DNA from: Leucoraja erinacea
Taxonomy: Eukaryota
Assembly (NCBI RefSeq): GCF_028641065.1
Contig: NC_073393.1
Location: 16,182,001 to 16,246,000 of the forward strand
DNA length: 64,000 nucleotides
Direction: 5' to 3'
Shown here: positions 40,672 to 54,004 of the stretch, one piece after another
Position numbering within the stretch: position 1 is the stretch's first letter
Layout: every line of letters starts with the position of its first letter
Made by a program: the position numbers and the translations under genes
The notes under the pieces: generated by a model
Told to the model about the DNA's origin: nothing
The model's input: the letters and a program-made list of their open reading frames with translations, nothing else
Database searches by the model: none

Positions 40672-42278
40672 TTGGGAGGTGTTGTCTGCAGGGCGAAAGC
40701 GAAGAGAGAAGGTTTTTGAAAATCATTGTAGAATTTGGATCTTAGATTGCAATTAAACTAGCGAATTATCGGAGTTGGGGAATTCCTAAATGCCAGAGAT
40801 CAGGGCAAGATTACCGAGAGTATGGGTCAATATGCGCCGATAATTACAAAACGTGCAATAATTTAATTAAGGGACCCTTGTTTTACTGGACGCCATTGTA
40901 ATTGATCTCGCATGGGGTTATACAATATTTTGCCATAATCGCAGCTATATCCAAGTACAACAACAGATGGAAATGACAAGTCCGAATAGTAGAACTAAAA
41001 GGTAAAATAAGGTCATAGCCGAATGCACCAGGACCATAAAGCAGAGGAAGAATCGGTACTAGGATCAAGATTCAGATTTTGTTGCTATTGGCACCGATAT
41101 TGTCCACTGCTCATCAGAGTCACTTCAACTTTCGACAGCTATCGAGAAGAAGCGTCATGGAATGCGAGAATACCTGTGAGCCCAATGATGCCGATCTAGT
41201 TTCTTAAATACTGGAGATACTCCAGATATACCGGGGGACTGAGGATCTAGTGGGAGGGAGGAACTAAAGGGAATCCACATTAGTGAGGAAATGGTGTGAG
41301 GTGAACTGTTAGGCCTAATGGCAGATAAAAGGATTCAAAGGTTTCAAATGTGTTTTATTGTCACGAGTACCAATTAATAATGTACAGTGAAACTCGGTTT
41401 ACCATATGGCCATACTAAAACATGGAACAAGACACACAACTACATAAAAGTTAACGTATACATCCACAACCTGGGATTCCCCACATTCCTCACTGTGTCA
41501 CAGGCAATAAAGTCTAGTCTTCCCTCTTTATTCTCCCGCGATCGGGGCAGTCGAACCATCTGCAGTCGGTGCGATCGAAGCTCCCGCAGCCGGCGAAGCA
41601 GCGACCCGGTGGACGTTAATAAATCCCCAGGGCCAGATGGTCTGCATCCCATACTCACGGAGGTGGCCCTAAAAAGCATGGATGTAACAGGTGTAACAGA
41701 CTGTTTACCCTCCTACCATCCGGGAGGCGCTACAGGTCTCTCCGTTGCCGGACCAGCAGGTCCAGGAACAGCTTCTTCCCTGCGGCTGTCACACGCCTCA
41801 ACAATGTACCTCTGTAACTGCCAATCACCCCACCCCCGGACACTCCTCCCACAGGAAAAAAACACTATGTCTGTATACATGTAAATAGATTAATTTATTG
41901 AAATCATATTCTATGTCGCTCTTCCAGGGAGATGCTAACTGCATTTCGTTGTCTCTGTACTGTACACTGACAATGACAATTAAAGTTGAATCTGAATCTG
42001 AATCTGATATAATGTTTGACTAATCTTTTGGATTTGTTCGAGGATATAACAAGTATAATAGATAAGGGAGTGCGAGTGGATGTGGTGTATCTGGACTTTC
42101 AAAAATACTTTGACAAGGACTCACACAAGAGTTTAGTGTGCAAAATTAGAGCACATGGTATTGCTGGTAGGGTATTGACATGGAATTGAGCTTAAAGGAC
42201 TTGATATTGCAATCCCCACAACAATTGGCACCTTCTTAATATCTTGAGGGGGTAGGGGTAAAGACATAATTGGTGCCA

Positions 42279-44215
42279 TCAGGTGGGCACCCTCCCTCCT
42301 TGGTGTTTCGTTGATAGGCCCACGACACCCCCAGAGGACTCAACAGCAACAGCTGGCGTCCCGGGTGCGCTCCCCTCCGTTTTACCCCTCTTGCTGGTCA
42401 TTTTGCAGTCCAGTTGGAGTCCTTCCTCTTCAGCCACAGCCAGTTGCTGCTTCGCTCGGCAGCCTCTCACAGCGACCTGACGGCTTGCCGGAAGGCCTGT
42501 CCTTCAGGAGTCTGGTTGTTAACATGGCTACAAACCCTCTACAACCAACCTCTACAGGGTGCACTTGGGTACACCAGCCGCGTTGTTCTGCCTTGGCTGC
42601 TAAGTCTGAATACTTCAGACATTTGCGTTCATTCGCTTCATCAACTGCAGCCTCTCAACGCACAGTTAACTCCACGATATACAGGGACTTCCGCGATGTT
42701 GACCACAAGATCGGGTCCGGCCTGCGATTAGTTGTGATGATCTCTGGTGGAAAGATGAGCTTCTAGTCTAGATCAGCCTGCATTTTCCAGTCCCGGGCAA
42801 TGTCTAGGAGGGTCGGTTTCCTACTTGCAAATGGCTTCTCTGGAAGCTGTCCTGCTTTAACAAAAGGGATGGTGTTTGAGAAACCAGGCGTTGGGGCAGG
42901 GAGGGCATTGGTGGTAGTTCTCCTTCCTTCCAAGGTAATCGCCAGTTGTCCCAGGACCTGATTGTGCCTCCAGGTGTAGCGGCGTTGTGAAAGACTGGTT
43001 TTGCAGCCAGTGAGGATGTGCCTTAATGTTGCTGGGGTTTGACAGAGAGAACATGATGGATCTTCTCCAATCCACTGGGTTATGTTCTTAGGTGTGGGAA
43101 GAACATCGTAGGTGGCTTGACAATGAAGCTAAGACGGCGTCCTTCCATCTCCCATGGATCCTTCCAGGTAATCTTACGATGCTCCATGTTTTCCCAGGTA
43201 GTCCACTGGCCCTGTTTGGACTGTGAGACTGCCTTTGCGCATCTCTCTGCCTCCTCTTGCTGACGGACCTCAGTAACTACCAGCTTTCTTCTTTGGGTGG
43301 ATGTTGCCTTGTACCATGTGGGTCGACTTGTCCCGAGTCCAATGCCACCTCTTCCCTGCTGCATCTGTCCTACAGTGCCTCCATGCCTGAGAGCGGATTT
43401 TGCTTGCTGTACAGCCTCCAATGGGGTCCACTTCCTCCCAGTTGCCAGTCTGGGAGCAGCCGCTCGTACCGCTTCATCTTGAGACTCTGTCAGGCTCATG
43501 TCCAGCCTCACTTTGGTGCATTTGTATTCTTCTGGGAGGCTAGACACAGGCAGTTCCAGAGCTCTGTCTCCAAACAAGCCGATGTTGCTGAGGCGACGCA
43601 GGAGTCCAAGCCACTTCTTGATGTATGAACTGACTGTCCTCTCCAACTTCTTCGACTTTGGCGATGGAGACCTCGTAGACCGTCAGAGGCCACATCAGAC
43701 AGGGGAGCAATCCAAACTGCAGGCACCACAGTTTCAGCTTACCACGAAGTGAGGTCTTGTCAATGCTAGCAAGGCCTTTGATGGTTTTTTCCCTAAGTTG
43801 GTCACACAGGTCTGAATCTTTGAGGCTTGCGTTGTACCACCGTCCTAAACTCTTGACTGGCAGCTCTGACACCATCTGAATGGGTGTTTCATCAATGTGG
43901 AATCGCTTGTCTTCGATTTTTCCTCCTGATGGACATGCTCCTGAATTTGCTGGGTTTCAACTTCATCCGGGCCCATGTCATGTTCGCATGAAGCTTTTCC
44001 AGCAGGCGCTTGGTACATGCCATGGTTGAGGCCAGGGTGGTCATGTTATCCATGTAGGCGCGAATGGGAGGTAGCCGCTGCCCAGACTGCATCCGCTCTC
44101 CTTCTACGACCCACTTGGAAGCTCGGATGATCACTTCCATCGCCATGGTGAAGGCTAGCGGGGAGATGGTGCAACCTGCCATTATCCCCATTTCCAGTGG
44201 TTGCCATGCTAGTTT
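42279..44215 (-). mobile_element. Degenerate RLE-type non-LTR retrotransposon (HERO/NeSL-like)
   Basis: RT motifs GIMAGCTISPLAF and AYMDNM, YIKKWLGL, a C-terminal CxxC...HILTGC...RYTWRHNQVL knuckle and an RPDLV restriction-like endonuclease motif. Many frameshifts. Confidence 0.7.
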
Positions 44216-44261
44216 CTATACATCTTTTTCTTGGGGTGGAGTTCGCATCATGCCACCATAT

Positions 44262-45075
44262 TGGTGGCTGCGCGACTCACTGTTGCAGCGGCTCCTACAG
44301 CCTGTCTGTCTTTTTTTATTTTTTGTCTTGTTAAATGTAGTTGTTTGTGTTTTTAAATAGTTTTTTTAACTGTGTATATGCGGGGGACGGGGGGAGGGAA
44401 GGGGGAACATTTTTAAACTCTCTTCCCTGTACGTGAGACCCAACCTTTTTCCTGTCGGGTCTCCGTTGTCATTGGGGCCGAGCACCGTGGAGCGGTCTCC
44501 AGCTGGAACGACCTGGAGGCTCCAGTCACGGACGAAGCCTGCGGGAGCGGTGGTGACTCGCTGCTGCGGCCCGACCACGTAGCTCGGAGGCTCCAACTGC
44601 AGCCGCAGGTCCGGTGGACTGGGACATCGGGAGCTCGCGGGTCCGGGTGGAGAGACCGATTTCCGGAGCTCCCGCAACGCGACTTCTCCAGCCCGTGTCG
44701 CGGGGTTGGAACGGCCCGGAGCGGGGCCGTACATCGCCCGGCGCGGCTATAATGGCCGTGGGACATTCCAGCGCCTGCCGGAGGCTCCAACTTTGTGACA
44801 TTTAGACCGGAAGCGGGGCCGTAAATCGCCCGGCACGGCCTAAAATGGCCGTGGGATTTATCATCGCTAGCCTGAGGCTCGACATCGGGAGAGAAATGGA
44901 GAACAGGGGAGAGAAAAGACTTTGCCTTCCATCCTGCGATGGATGTTTTTGTAAATTGAATTGTGTGTATGTCTGTAGGAAATTGTCTTTGTTTGTATGG
45001 CTGTGGAAACGGAGTTTCGTTTGAGACTCACTGAGGTTCAAATGACATGTAATAAATATTGATTGATTGATTGAT
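44262..45075 (+). mobile_element. GC-rich non-coding repeat, same family as 47752-48616
   Basis: Shared 5' end (gcagcggc...ctgtc...ttttatt), shared core (ggagctcccgcaacg), aataaa followed by an (attg)n tail. Confidence 0.6.
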
Positions 45076-45157
45076 ATGTATATATGCGAAATGGTCTAAA
45101 CTTCACAATCATCACCTCCGTCACTGGCAGGGTGGAGGGCGACAGATTCTCCCTCGT

Positions 45158-45697
45158 AGGTACACAAAAAAGCTGGAGAAACTCAGCGGGTGCAGCAGCA
45201 TCTATGGAGCCAAGGAAATAGGCAACGTTTAGCCGAAACCTTTCTTCAGACTGATGGGGCGGGGAGAAGAAAGGAAAAATGAGGAGGAGCCCGAAGGCTG
45301 GGAGATGTGAGGAAACAGCAGGAGGGCTGAGGAAGGGGTGGAGACAGCAAGGACTAACAACATTGGGAGAATTCAATGTTCATGCCCCCAGGATGCAGAC
45401 TCCCCAAGCAGAATATGAGGTGCTGTTCCTCCAATTTCCGGTGTTGCTCGCTCTGGCCATGGAGGGGACCCAGGACAGAGAGGTCAGATAAGGAGTGGGA
45501 GGGGGAGTTGAAGTGCCGAGCCACCACCAACCTGACCTCCTGGTGGCTCAGCACTTCAACTGCCCCACCCACTCCGTATCCGACCTCTCTGAATTCTTCC
45601 AATGTTGTTAATCCCTGCTGTCTCCTCCCCTTCTTCAGCCCTCCTGCTGTCTCCTCCCATCCCCCAGCCTTCGGGCTCCTCCTCCTCTTTTCTTTCT
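45158..45697. mobile_element. Penelope-like element 3' fragment (end of GIY-YIG domain) with partial inverted copy
   Basis: Minus ORF RHFNSPSHSLSDLSVLGPLHGQSEQHRKLEEQHLIFCLGSLHPGGMNIEF, followed by the terminal repeat with a degenerate hammerhead-like core. Confidence 0.72.
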
Positions 45698-45949
45698 AGA
45701 AACATGGCCTATCGGCTTAGTTAGAGTAACAAATCACCACTCTTCGTTGGGATGTTCAAACAATAATTTCACCTGGAGTTACTAGCGCTTCTGTCCAGGT
45801 TGGTAGACTTCCTGCCAACACTGTGGATTGAGATAGTGGTGATAAGAGATCACGTGACACTTGTTCACATTTTGACCCCGAGAATAACGGTTCAACATGG
45901 GCAATGTTGGGCAATGTCCCAAACGAGTATTTCTCCGCGAGAGGATAGC

Positions 45950-47220
45950 CATGGGGACTGGGGGACTTGGGGCAGTCAACGGAAGATCTTGAGAACAGTC
46001 AGTATTACAGTAGAGGAGGTGCTGAAGGCCTTGCCAAGTCTGAAGGTCGTCCAATCTCCCGGCCTGATCAGACATATCTGTGTGAGAAGCAAGAGAAGAA
46101 ATTGCAGGTGCCCTGGCTGAGATTTATGAGTCGTCATTTAATATGCACCAGAAGACTGGCGGGTGGCAAATGTTGTGCCTCTATTCAAGAATGGCTGCAG
46201 GGATACGCCTGAGTACTATTTGCCAATGAGATTAACATCTGGTGGTAAAGTTACTAGAGGGCATTCTGAGGGAGAAGATATTCGTGCATTTAGATGGACA
46301 GGGGCTAATTATGGATGGTCAGCATGGTTTGCACGTGTGTTGCACGAATCTGATTGTGTTTTTTCAAGATGTGACCAAAAAGGTTGATGAGGGTAGAACT
46401 GCAGATGTTGTATATATGGATTTCAGCACGGTATTCGACAAGGTTCCACATGGTAGTCTCCTCTAGCAGGTTAGAGCCCATGGGATCCAAGGAGAGATCG
46501 CTGAATGGATAGCAAATTGGTTTAATGGAAGAAAGCAGATAGTGATGCTGCAAGATTGCTTTTCAGACTCGAATCGTGACTAATGGTGTGCCTCAGGGAT
46601 CAGTGCCGGACACATTGCTGCTTGTCATCTATATCAATGATTTGAATGAGAACGTACATGGCATGATTAGCAAGTTTGTGGATGAAACAGAAGTGGGTGA
46701 TGTTGTAAATAGTGAAGATGGTGGTCAAAAATGGCAGCAGGATCTTGATCGGTTGGGCATTTTGTCTGAAGAATGGTTGATTGAATTGAATACAGAGAAA
46801 TGTGAATTGCTACATTTTCAGAAAACGAACATGGGCAGGAACTACACGGTGAATTGTAGGGCTTGAGGTAGTGTTGTAGAGCAGAGGGATGGTGCAGGTA
46901 CATAGTTCCTTGAAAGTGGCACCACAGGAAGATGGGGTGGCCAAAAACCTTTCGGCACATTGCCCTTCATCAGAGTATTGAGTATAGAACTTGGGTGGTC
47001 ATTTGGCAGATAATAAGATGTTGGTGAGGCCACCTTTAGAGTATACTGTTGAGTTCTGGCCACTATGTTACAGGAAATATATTGTGTAGTTGGAAATGGT
47101 GCAGAGATGATTTATGAGGATATTGCTGGGACTCGAGAGCCTGAGCTATCTAAGGCAGGATTTGATGGCATTGGAGAGGATCATAAGGTGGTTACTGAGC
47201 ATGTTCCCGGTATGATTGGG
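45950..47220 (+). mobile_element. Degenerate CR1 RT fragment
   Basis: ANVVPLFK, YMDFSTVFDKVPH and GVPQGSV motifs. Confidence 0.75.
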
Positions 47221-47751
47221 TTAGAAACATAGAAACATAGAAATTAGGTGCAGGAGTAGGCCGTTCGGCCCTTCGAGCCTGCACCGCAATTCAATATGAT
47301 CATGGCTGATCATCCAACTCAGTATCCCGTACCTGCCTTCTCTCCATATCCCCTGATCCCCTTAGCCACAAGGGCCACATCTAACTCCCTCTTAAATATA
47401 GCCAATGAACTGGCCTCAACTACCCTCTGTGGCAGAGAGTTCCAGATATTCACCACTGTCTGTGTGAAAAAAGTTCTTCTCATCTCGGTTTTAAAGGATT
47501 TCCCCCTTATCCTTAAGCTGTGACCCCTTGTCCTGGGCTTCCCTAACATCGGGAACAATCTTCCCGCTTCTAGCCTGTCCAACCCCTTAAGGATTTTGTA
47601 AGTTTCTATAAGATCCCCTCTCAATCTCCTAAATTCTAGAGAGTATAAACCAAGTCTATCCAGTCTTTCTTCATAAGACAGTCCTGACATCCCAGGAATC
47701 AGTCTGGTGAACCGTCTCTGCACTCCCTCTATGGCAATAATGTCCTTCCTA

Positions 47752-48616
47752 AGATAATAAGATAAGATAAGATAAGATACATTTATTGTCATTTGGACCC
47801 CTTGAGGTCCAAACGAAATGCCGTTTCTGCAGCCATACATACAAACACATAGACCCAAGACACAACATAATTTACATAAACATCCATCACATCGCTGTGA
47901 TGGAAGGCCAAATAAACTTATCTCTCCACTCCACCGCACCCTCCCCCCCCCCCATGTCAGAGTCAAAGTCAAAGCCCCCGGCTGGCGATGGCAATTGTCC
48001 CGCGGCCATTTAAGCCACGCCGGGTGGTGCGAGGTCGCACACCGGGTCTTGGTGTTAGAGCCCCCGGTGTGCGCTCGCAGAGTCCCGCGGCCATTCCCAG
48101 CCGCGCGGGGCGGTGATGTTAGGCCCCGCTCCAGGAGCTCTTCAACCCCGCAACTCGGGCGGGGGAAGTCGCCGTTGCGAGAGCCCTGAAAAGCGGTCTC
48201 CCTCCAGGGAGCCGCGGGCTCCCGGTGCCGCCGTCCACAGACCTGCCGTTGAAGCCTCCGACTCTCCGGTCGGGCCGCAGCAGCAGCAGCAGCAGCGCTC
48301 CTCCACCGCTCCACCCGCTCCGGACTCGGCCAGCCCCGCGACGGCGACGGTGAGTCGTAGCACCAGAGTCCCCGGTCTCTTCCTGTTGGAGGCCGCTCCT
48401 CGTTGCGGCCCCAACGACAACGGAAACCCGACGAGAAAAGGTCGGGTCTCCAGTGCAGGGAGAGATTTAAAAAGTTTCCCCCCCCCTCCCACCCCCCCCC
48501 CACACACACACCCAACAACAAAAATAACAAAAACTACATTAAAACACAGACAGAAAATAATAAAACGCGGACAGACTGCAGAGGCCGCTGCTGGCCAGAG
48601 CCGCGCCGCCCACCAC
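47752..48616 (-). mobile_element. Non-coding GC-rich ~0.85 kb retro-type element inserted into CR1 ORF2
   Basis: (taaga)n tail with aataaa on the minus strand. Related copies at about 44262-45075 and 20772-21600. CR1 resumes at cagatttggagacc. Confidence 0.65.
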
Positions 48617-50424
48617 AGATTTGGAGACCAAAATGTACGAAATACTCCAGGTGTGGTCTCACCAAGACCCTGTACAACTGCAGTAGAACCTCCCTGCTCC
48701 TATACTCAAATCCTTTTGCAATGAAAGCTAACATACCATTCGCTTTCCTTACTGCCTGCTGCACCTGCATGCCTACCTTCAATGACTGGTGTATCATGAC
48801 ACCCAGGTCTCGCTGCATCTCCCCCTTTCCCAATCGGCCACCATTTAGATAATAGTCTGCTTTCCCGTTTTTGCCACCAAAATGGATAACCTCACATTTA
48901 TCCACATTATACTGCATCTGCCAAACATTTGCCCACTCACCCAGCCTATCCAAGTCACCTTGCAGTCTCCTAGCATCCTCCTCACAGCTAACACTGCCCC
49001 CCAGCTTAGTGTCATTCGCAAACTTGGAGATGTTGCCTTCAATTCCCTCATCCAGATCATTAATATATATCGTAAATAGCTGGGGTCCCAGCACTGAGCC
49101 TTGCGGTACCCCACTAGTCACTGCCTGCCATTGTGAAAAGGACCCGTTTACTCCTACTCTTTGCTTCCTGTTTGCCAGCCAGTTCTCTATCCACATCAAT
49201 ACTGAACCCCCAATGCCGTGTACTTTAAGTTTGTATACTAATCTCTTTTGTGGGACCTTGTCGAAAGCCTTCTGGAAGTCCAGATACACCACATCCACTG
49301 GTTCTCCCCTATCCACGCTACTAGTTACATCCTCGAAAAATTCTATAAGATTCGTCAGACATGATTTACCTTTCGTAAATCCATGCTGACTTTGTCCAAT
49401 GATTTCACCACTTTCCAAATGTGCTGCTATCCCATCTTTAATAACTGACTCTAGCAGTTTCCCCACTACCGATGTTAGACTAACTGGTCTGTAATTCCCC
49501 ATTTTCTCTCTCCCTCCCTTCTTAAAGAGTGGGGTTACGTTTGCTACCAGCCAATCTTCAGGAACTACTCCAGAATCTAAAGAGTTTTGAAAGATTATTA
49601 CTAATGCATCCACTATTTCTGGAGCTAATTCCTTAAGTACTCTGGGATGCAGCCTATCTGGCCCTGGGGATTTATCGGCCTTTAATCCAGTCAATTTACC
49701 CAACACCACTTCCCGGCTAACCTGGATTTCACTTAAATTCCTCCAACTCCTTTGACCCGCGGTCCCCTGCTATTTCCGGCAAATTATTTATGTCTTCCTT
49801 AGTGAAGATGGAACCAAAGTAGTTATTCAATTGGTCCGCCATATCCTTGTTCCCCATGATCAACTCACCTGTTTCTGACTGCAAGGGACCTACATTTGTT
49901 TTAACTAATCTCTTTCTTTTCACATATCTATAAAAACTTTTGCAGTCAGTTTTTATGTTCCCTGCCAGTTTTCTTTCATAATCTATTTTTCCTTTCCTAA
50001 TTAAGCCCTTTGTCCTCTGCTGGTCTTTGAATTTCTCCCAGTCCTCCAGTATGCTGCTTTTTCTGGCTAATTTGTACGCATCATCCTTCGCTTTGATACT
50101 ATCCCTGATTTCCCTTGTTATCCATGGATGTACTACCTTCCCTGATTTATTCTTTTGCCAAACTGGGATGAACAATTTTTGTAGTTCATCCATGCAGTCT
50201 TTAAATGCCATTGCATATCCATCATCAACCCTTTTAGAATTAATTGCCAGTCAATCTTGGCCAATTCACGTCTCATACCCTCAAAGTTACCTTTCTTTAA
50301 GTTCAGAACCATTGTTTCTGAATTAACAATGTCACTCTCCATCCTAATGAAGAACTCAACCATATTATGGTCACTCTTGCCCAAGGGGGCACGTACAACA
50401 AGATTGCTAACTAACCCTTCCTCA

Positions 50425-51910
50425 TGGAAGTAGTTCCAGAGGATTGGCGGGTAGCAAACGTAACCCCGCTTTTTAAGAAGGGAGGGAGAGAGAAAACGGG
50501 GAATTACAGACCAGTTAGCCTAACATCGGTAGTGGGGAAACTGCTAGTCAGTTATTAAAGATGGGATAGCAGCACATTTAGAAAGTGGTGAAATCATTGG
50601 ACAAAGTCAGCATGGATTTACGAAAGGTAAATCATGTCTGACGAATCTTATAGAATTTTTCGAGGATGTAACTAGTAGCGTGGATAGGGGAGAACCAGTG
50701 GATGTGGTGTATCTGGACTTCCAGAAGGCTTTCGACAAGGTCCCACATAAGAGATTAGTATACAAACTTAAAGCACATGGCATTGGGGGTTCAGTATTGA
50801 TGTGGATAGAGAACTGGCTGGCAAACAGGAAGCAAAGAGTAGGAGTAAACGGGTCCTTTTCACAATGGCAGGCAGTGACTAGTGGGGTACCGCAAGGCTC
50901 AGTACTGGGACCCCAGCTATTTACAATATATATTAATGATCTGGATGAGGGAATTGAAGGCAATATCTCCAAGTTTGCGGATGACACTAAGCTGGGGGGC
51001 AGTGTTAGGTGTGAGGAGGATGCTAGGAGACTGCAAGGTGACTTGGATAGGCTGGGTGTGTGGGCAAATGTTTGGCAGATGCAGTTTAATGTGGATAAAT
51101 GTGAGGTTATCCATTTTGGTGGCAAAAACGGGAAAGCAGATTATTATCTAAACGGTGGCCGATTGGGAAAGGGGGAGATGCAGCGAGACCTGGGTGTCAT
51201 GGTACACCAGTCATTGAAGGTAGGCATGCAGGTGCAGCAGGCAGTAAAGAAAGCGAATGGCATGTTGGCTTTCATAGCAAGAGGATTTGAGTATAGGAGC
51301 AGGGAGGTTCTACTGCAGTTGTATAGGGTCTTGGTGAGACCACACCTGGAGTATTGCGTGCAGTTTTGGTCTCCAAATCTGAGGAAGGACATTATTGCCA
51401 TAGAGGGAGTGCAGAGAAGGTTCACCAGACTGATTCCTGGGATGTCAGGACTGTCTTATGAAGAAAGACTGGATAGACTTGGTTTATACTCTCTAGAGTT
51501 TAGGAGATTGAGAGGGGATCTTATAGAAACTTACAAAATTCTTAAGGGGTTGGACAGGCTAGATGCAGGAAGATTGTTCCCGATGTTGGGGAAGTCCAGG
51601 ACAAGGGGTCACAGCTTAAGGATAAGGGGGAAATCCTTTAAAACCGAGATGAGGAGAACTTTTTTCACACAGAGAGTGGTGAATCTCTGGAACTCTCTGC
51701 CACAGAGGGTAGTTGAGGCCAGTTCATTGGCTATATTTAAGAGGGAGTTAGATGTGGCCCTTGTGGCCAAGGGGATCAGAGGGTATGGAGAAAAGGCAGG
51801 TACGGGATACTGAGTTGGATGATCAGCCATGATCATATTAAATGGCGGTGCAGGCTCGAAGGGCCGAATGGCCTACTCCTGCACCTAATTTCTATGTTTC
51901 TATGTTTCTA
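50425..51910 (+). mobile_element. 5'-truncated CR1 of the same subfamily inserted in opposite orientation within the host CR1
   Basis: ORF 50680-51813 is an RT (FADDTK) ending in a (ttctatgt)n tail. Host sequence continues across the insertion (ctcat...tcaatacccag). Confidence 0.88.
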
Positions 51911-54004
51911 TTAATCAATACCCAGTCTAAAATAGCCTGCTCTCTCGTTGGTTCCTCTACATGTTGATTTAGATAACTATCCCGCATACATTCCAAGAAA
52001 TTTCTCTTCCTCAGCACCCCTGCCAATTTGATTCACCCAATCTATATGTAGATTGAAGTCACCCATTATAACTGTTTTGCCTTTGTCGCACGCATTTCTA
52101 ATTTCCTGTTTGATACCATCTCCAACTTCACTACTACTGCTAGGTGGCCTGTACACAACACCCACCAGCGTTTTCTGCCCCTTAGTATTTCGCAGCTCTA
52201 CCCATACTGATTCCACATCCTCCAAACTAATGTCCTTCCTTTCCATTGCATTAATCCCCTCTCTAATCAGTAACGCTACCCCACCTCCTTTTCCTTTCTG
52301 TCTATCCCTCCTGAATATTGAATATCCCTGGATGTTCAGCTCTCAGCCTTGGTCACCCTGGAGCCATGTCTCCGTGATCCCAACTATATCATAGTCATTA
52401 ATAGCTATCTGCACATTCAACTCATCCACCTTATTACGAATGCTCCTTGCATTGAGACACAAAGCCTTCAGGCTTGTTTTTACAACACTCTTACCCCTTA
52501 TACAATTATGTTGAAAAGTGGCCCTTTTTGATTTTTGTCCTGGTTTTGTCTGCCTGCCACTTTTACTTTTCACCTTGCTACCTATTTCTTCTACCCTCAT
52601 TTTACACCCCTCGGTCTCTACGCTCACACATTTAAGAAACCCTTTCCCTTTAACTCCACCCTCCACTATCCCATTCAACACCCCACCCCCCTTATTCAGT
52701 TTAAAGCCACCCGTGTAGCAGTGGCAAACCTGCCTGCCAGAATGCTGGTCCCACACCTGTTAAGATGCAATCCGTCCCTTTTGTACAGTTCCCCCTTACC
52801 CCAAAACAGATCCCAGTGATCTAAGAATCTAAATCCCTGCCCCGTGCACCAGTTCCTCAGCCACACGTTCAGGTCCCGTATCTCCCTGTTCCTGCTCTCG
52901 CCAGCACGGGGAACTGGAAGCAAACCGGAGATAACAACCCTGGAGGTCCTGCTTTTCAACATTTTTCCGAGCTCTCTAAAGTCACGCTGCAGAATATTCA
53001 TCCCCTTTTTTCCGACATCGTTTGTGCCGACATGCACTACCACTTCCGGATGTTCACCTTCGCCCTTAAGGATTTTCTGCACTCTGTCCGTGACATCCTG
53101 GATCCTGGCACCTGGAAGGCAGCACACCATCCTCGCATCCCGTCTGTTGCCGCAGAAACCCCTGTCCGTACCTCTCACGATGGAGTCTCCCACTACAATG
53201 GCCTTGCCTGCCTTAGGCCTTTTTGGTTTTGGCTCAACAGCCCTATTCGCATCGCAAGCCAGTCCGCCGCTCACGTCTTCTGTCCCAACAGCTTCTAAGC
53301 GGATGAACCTGTTTACAAGTGGTACACCACCCGGGGACGTTGGCATTCCATGCTTCCCTCCCTTTCTCACTGTCTCCCACCTTCTCTCTTCCAGTACCTT
53401 AGGTGTAACAATCGTACTGTAGGACTTGTCGAGGAACGACTCCGTTTCTCGGACGAACCGGAGGTCATCCACTTGCTTCTCCAGTTCCCCAACACGGCCC
53501 TTCAGGGTTAACATATGATACGTGTTTGATGGCACTTTGCCTGTAGTTGTTGGAGTTTAGAAGAATGAGAGGGGACCTCATTGAAACTAACCGAGTAGTG
53601 AAAGGCCTGGATAGAATGGATGTTTCCACTGATGAGAGAGTCGAGAAATGCAGAATAAAAGGACATACCTTTAGAAAGGAGATGAGGATGAAGTTCTTTC
53701 GTCAGAGGGTAGTGAATCTGTGGAATTAATTTCCACAGAAGGCTGTGGAGGCCGTCAATGAAAAATTTTAAGGCATAGATCGACATATACTTGATTATTA
53801 AGAGTCTCAAAGGTTATGAGAATTGGGAGAATGGGTTTGAGGTGAAAAGATAAATCAGCCAAGAATGAATGTTGGAGTATACTCAAGGTGCAAATGGCTT
53901 ACCTCTGCTCCCATGACCTATGAACTTATGAAGACTGTGCTGAAGTGTGGTGCGAATATTTGTAGAGCTTGCAAATTTCCGTCAGAATGTAGAACACGTT
54001 ATAA

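Larger units (their letters stand above)
38500..41185 (-). repeat. Inverted segmental duplication, left arm (gene B upstream region to intron 3)
   Basis: Reverse complement aligns by eye with about 56995-59985. Near-identical from about 40440 to 38950 and visibly more diverged on both flanks. Confidence 0.88.
47224..53507 (-). mobile_element. Near full-length CR1-clade LINE (SGNH esterase ORF1, APE endonuclease, RT), frameshifted and interrupted by two nested insertions
   Basis: ORF 52696-53535 has GDSIVR, HVGTND and DGLHLN. 51977-52756 has CLNARSI, GITETW and MGDFN. 48534-49709 has [25 protein letters not shown] and FANDTK. (gaaacata)n 3' tail at 47224. Confidence 0.9.

Noticed and set aside
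47319-48530. 403-aa ORF as a novel fusion protein
   Set aside because: Chance read-through from a GC-rich inserted repeat into the CR1 RT C-terminus.
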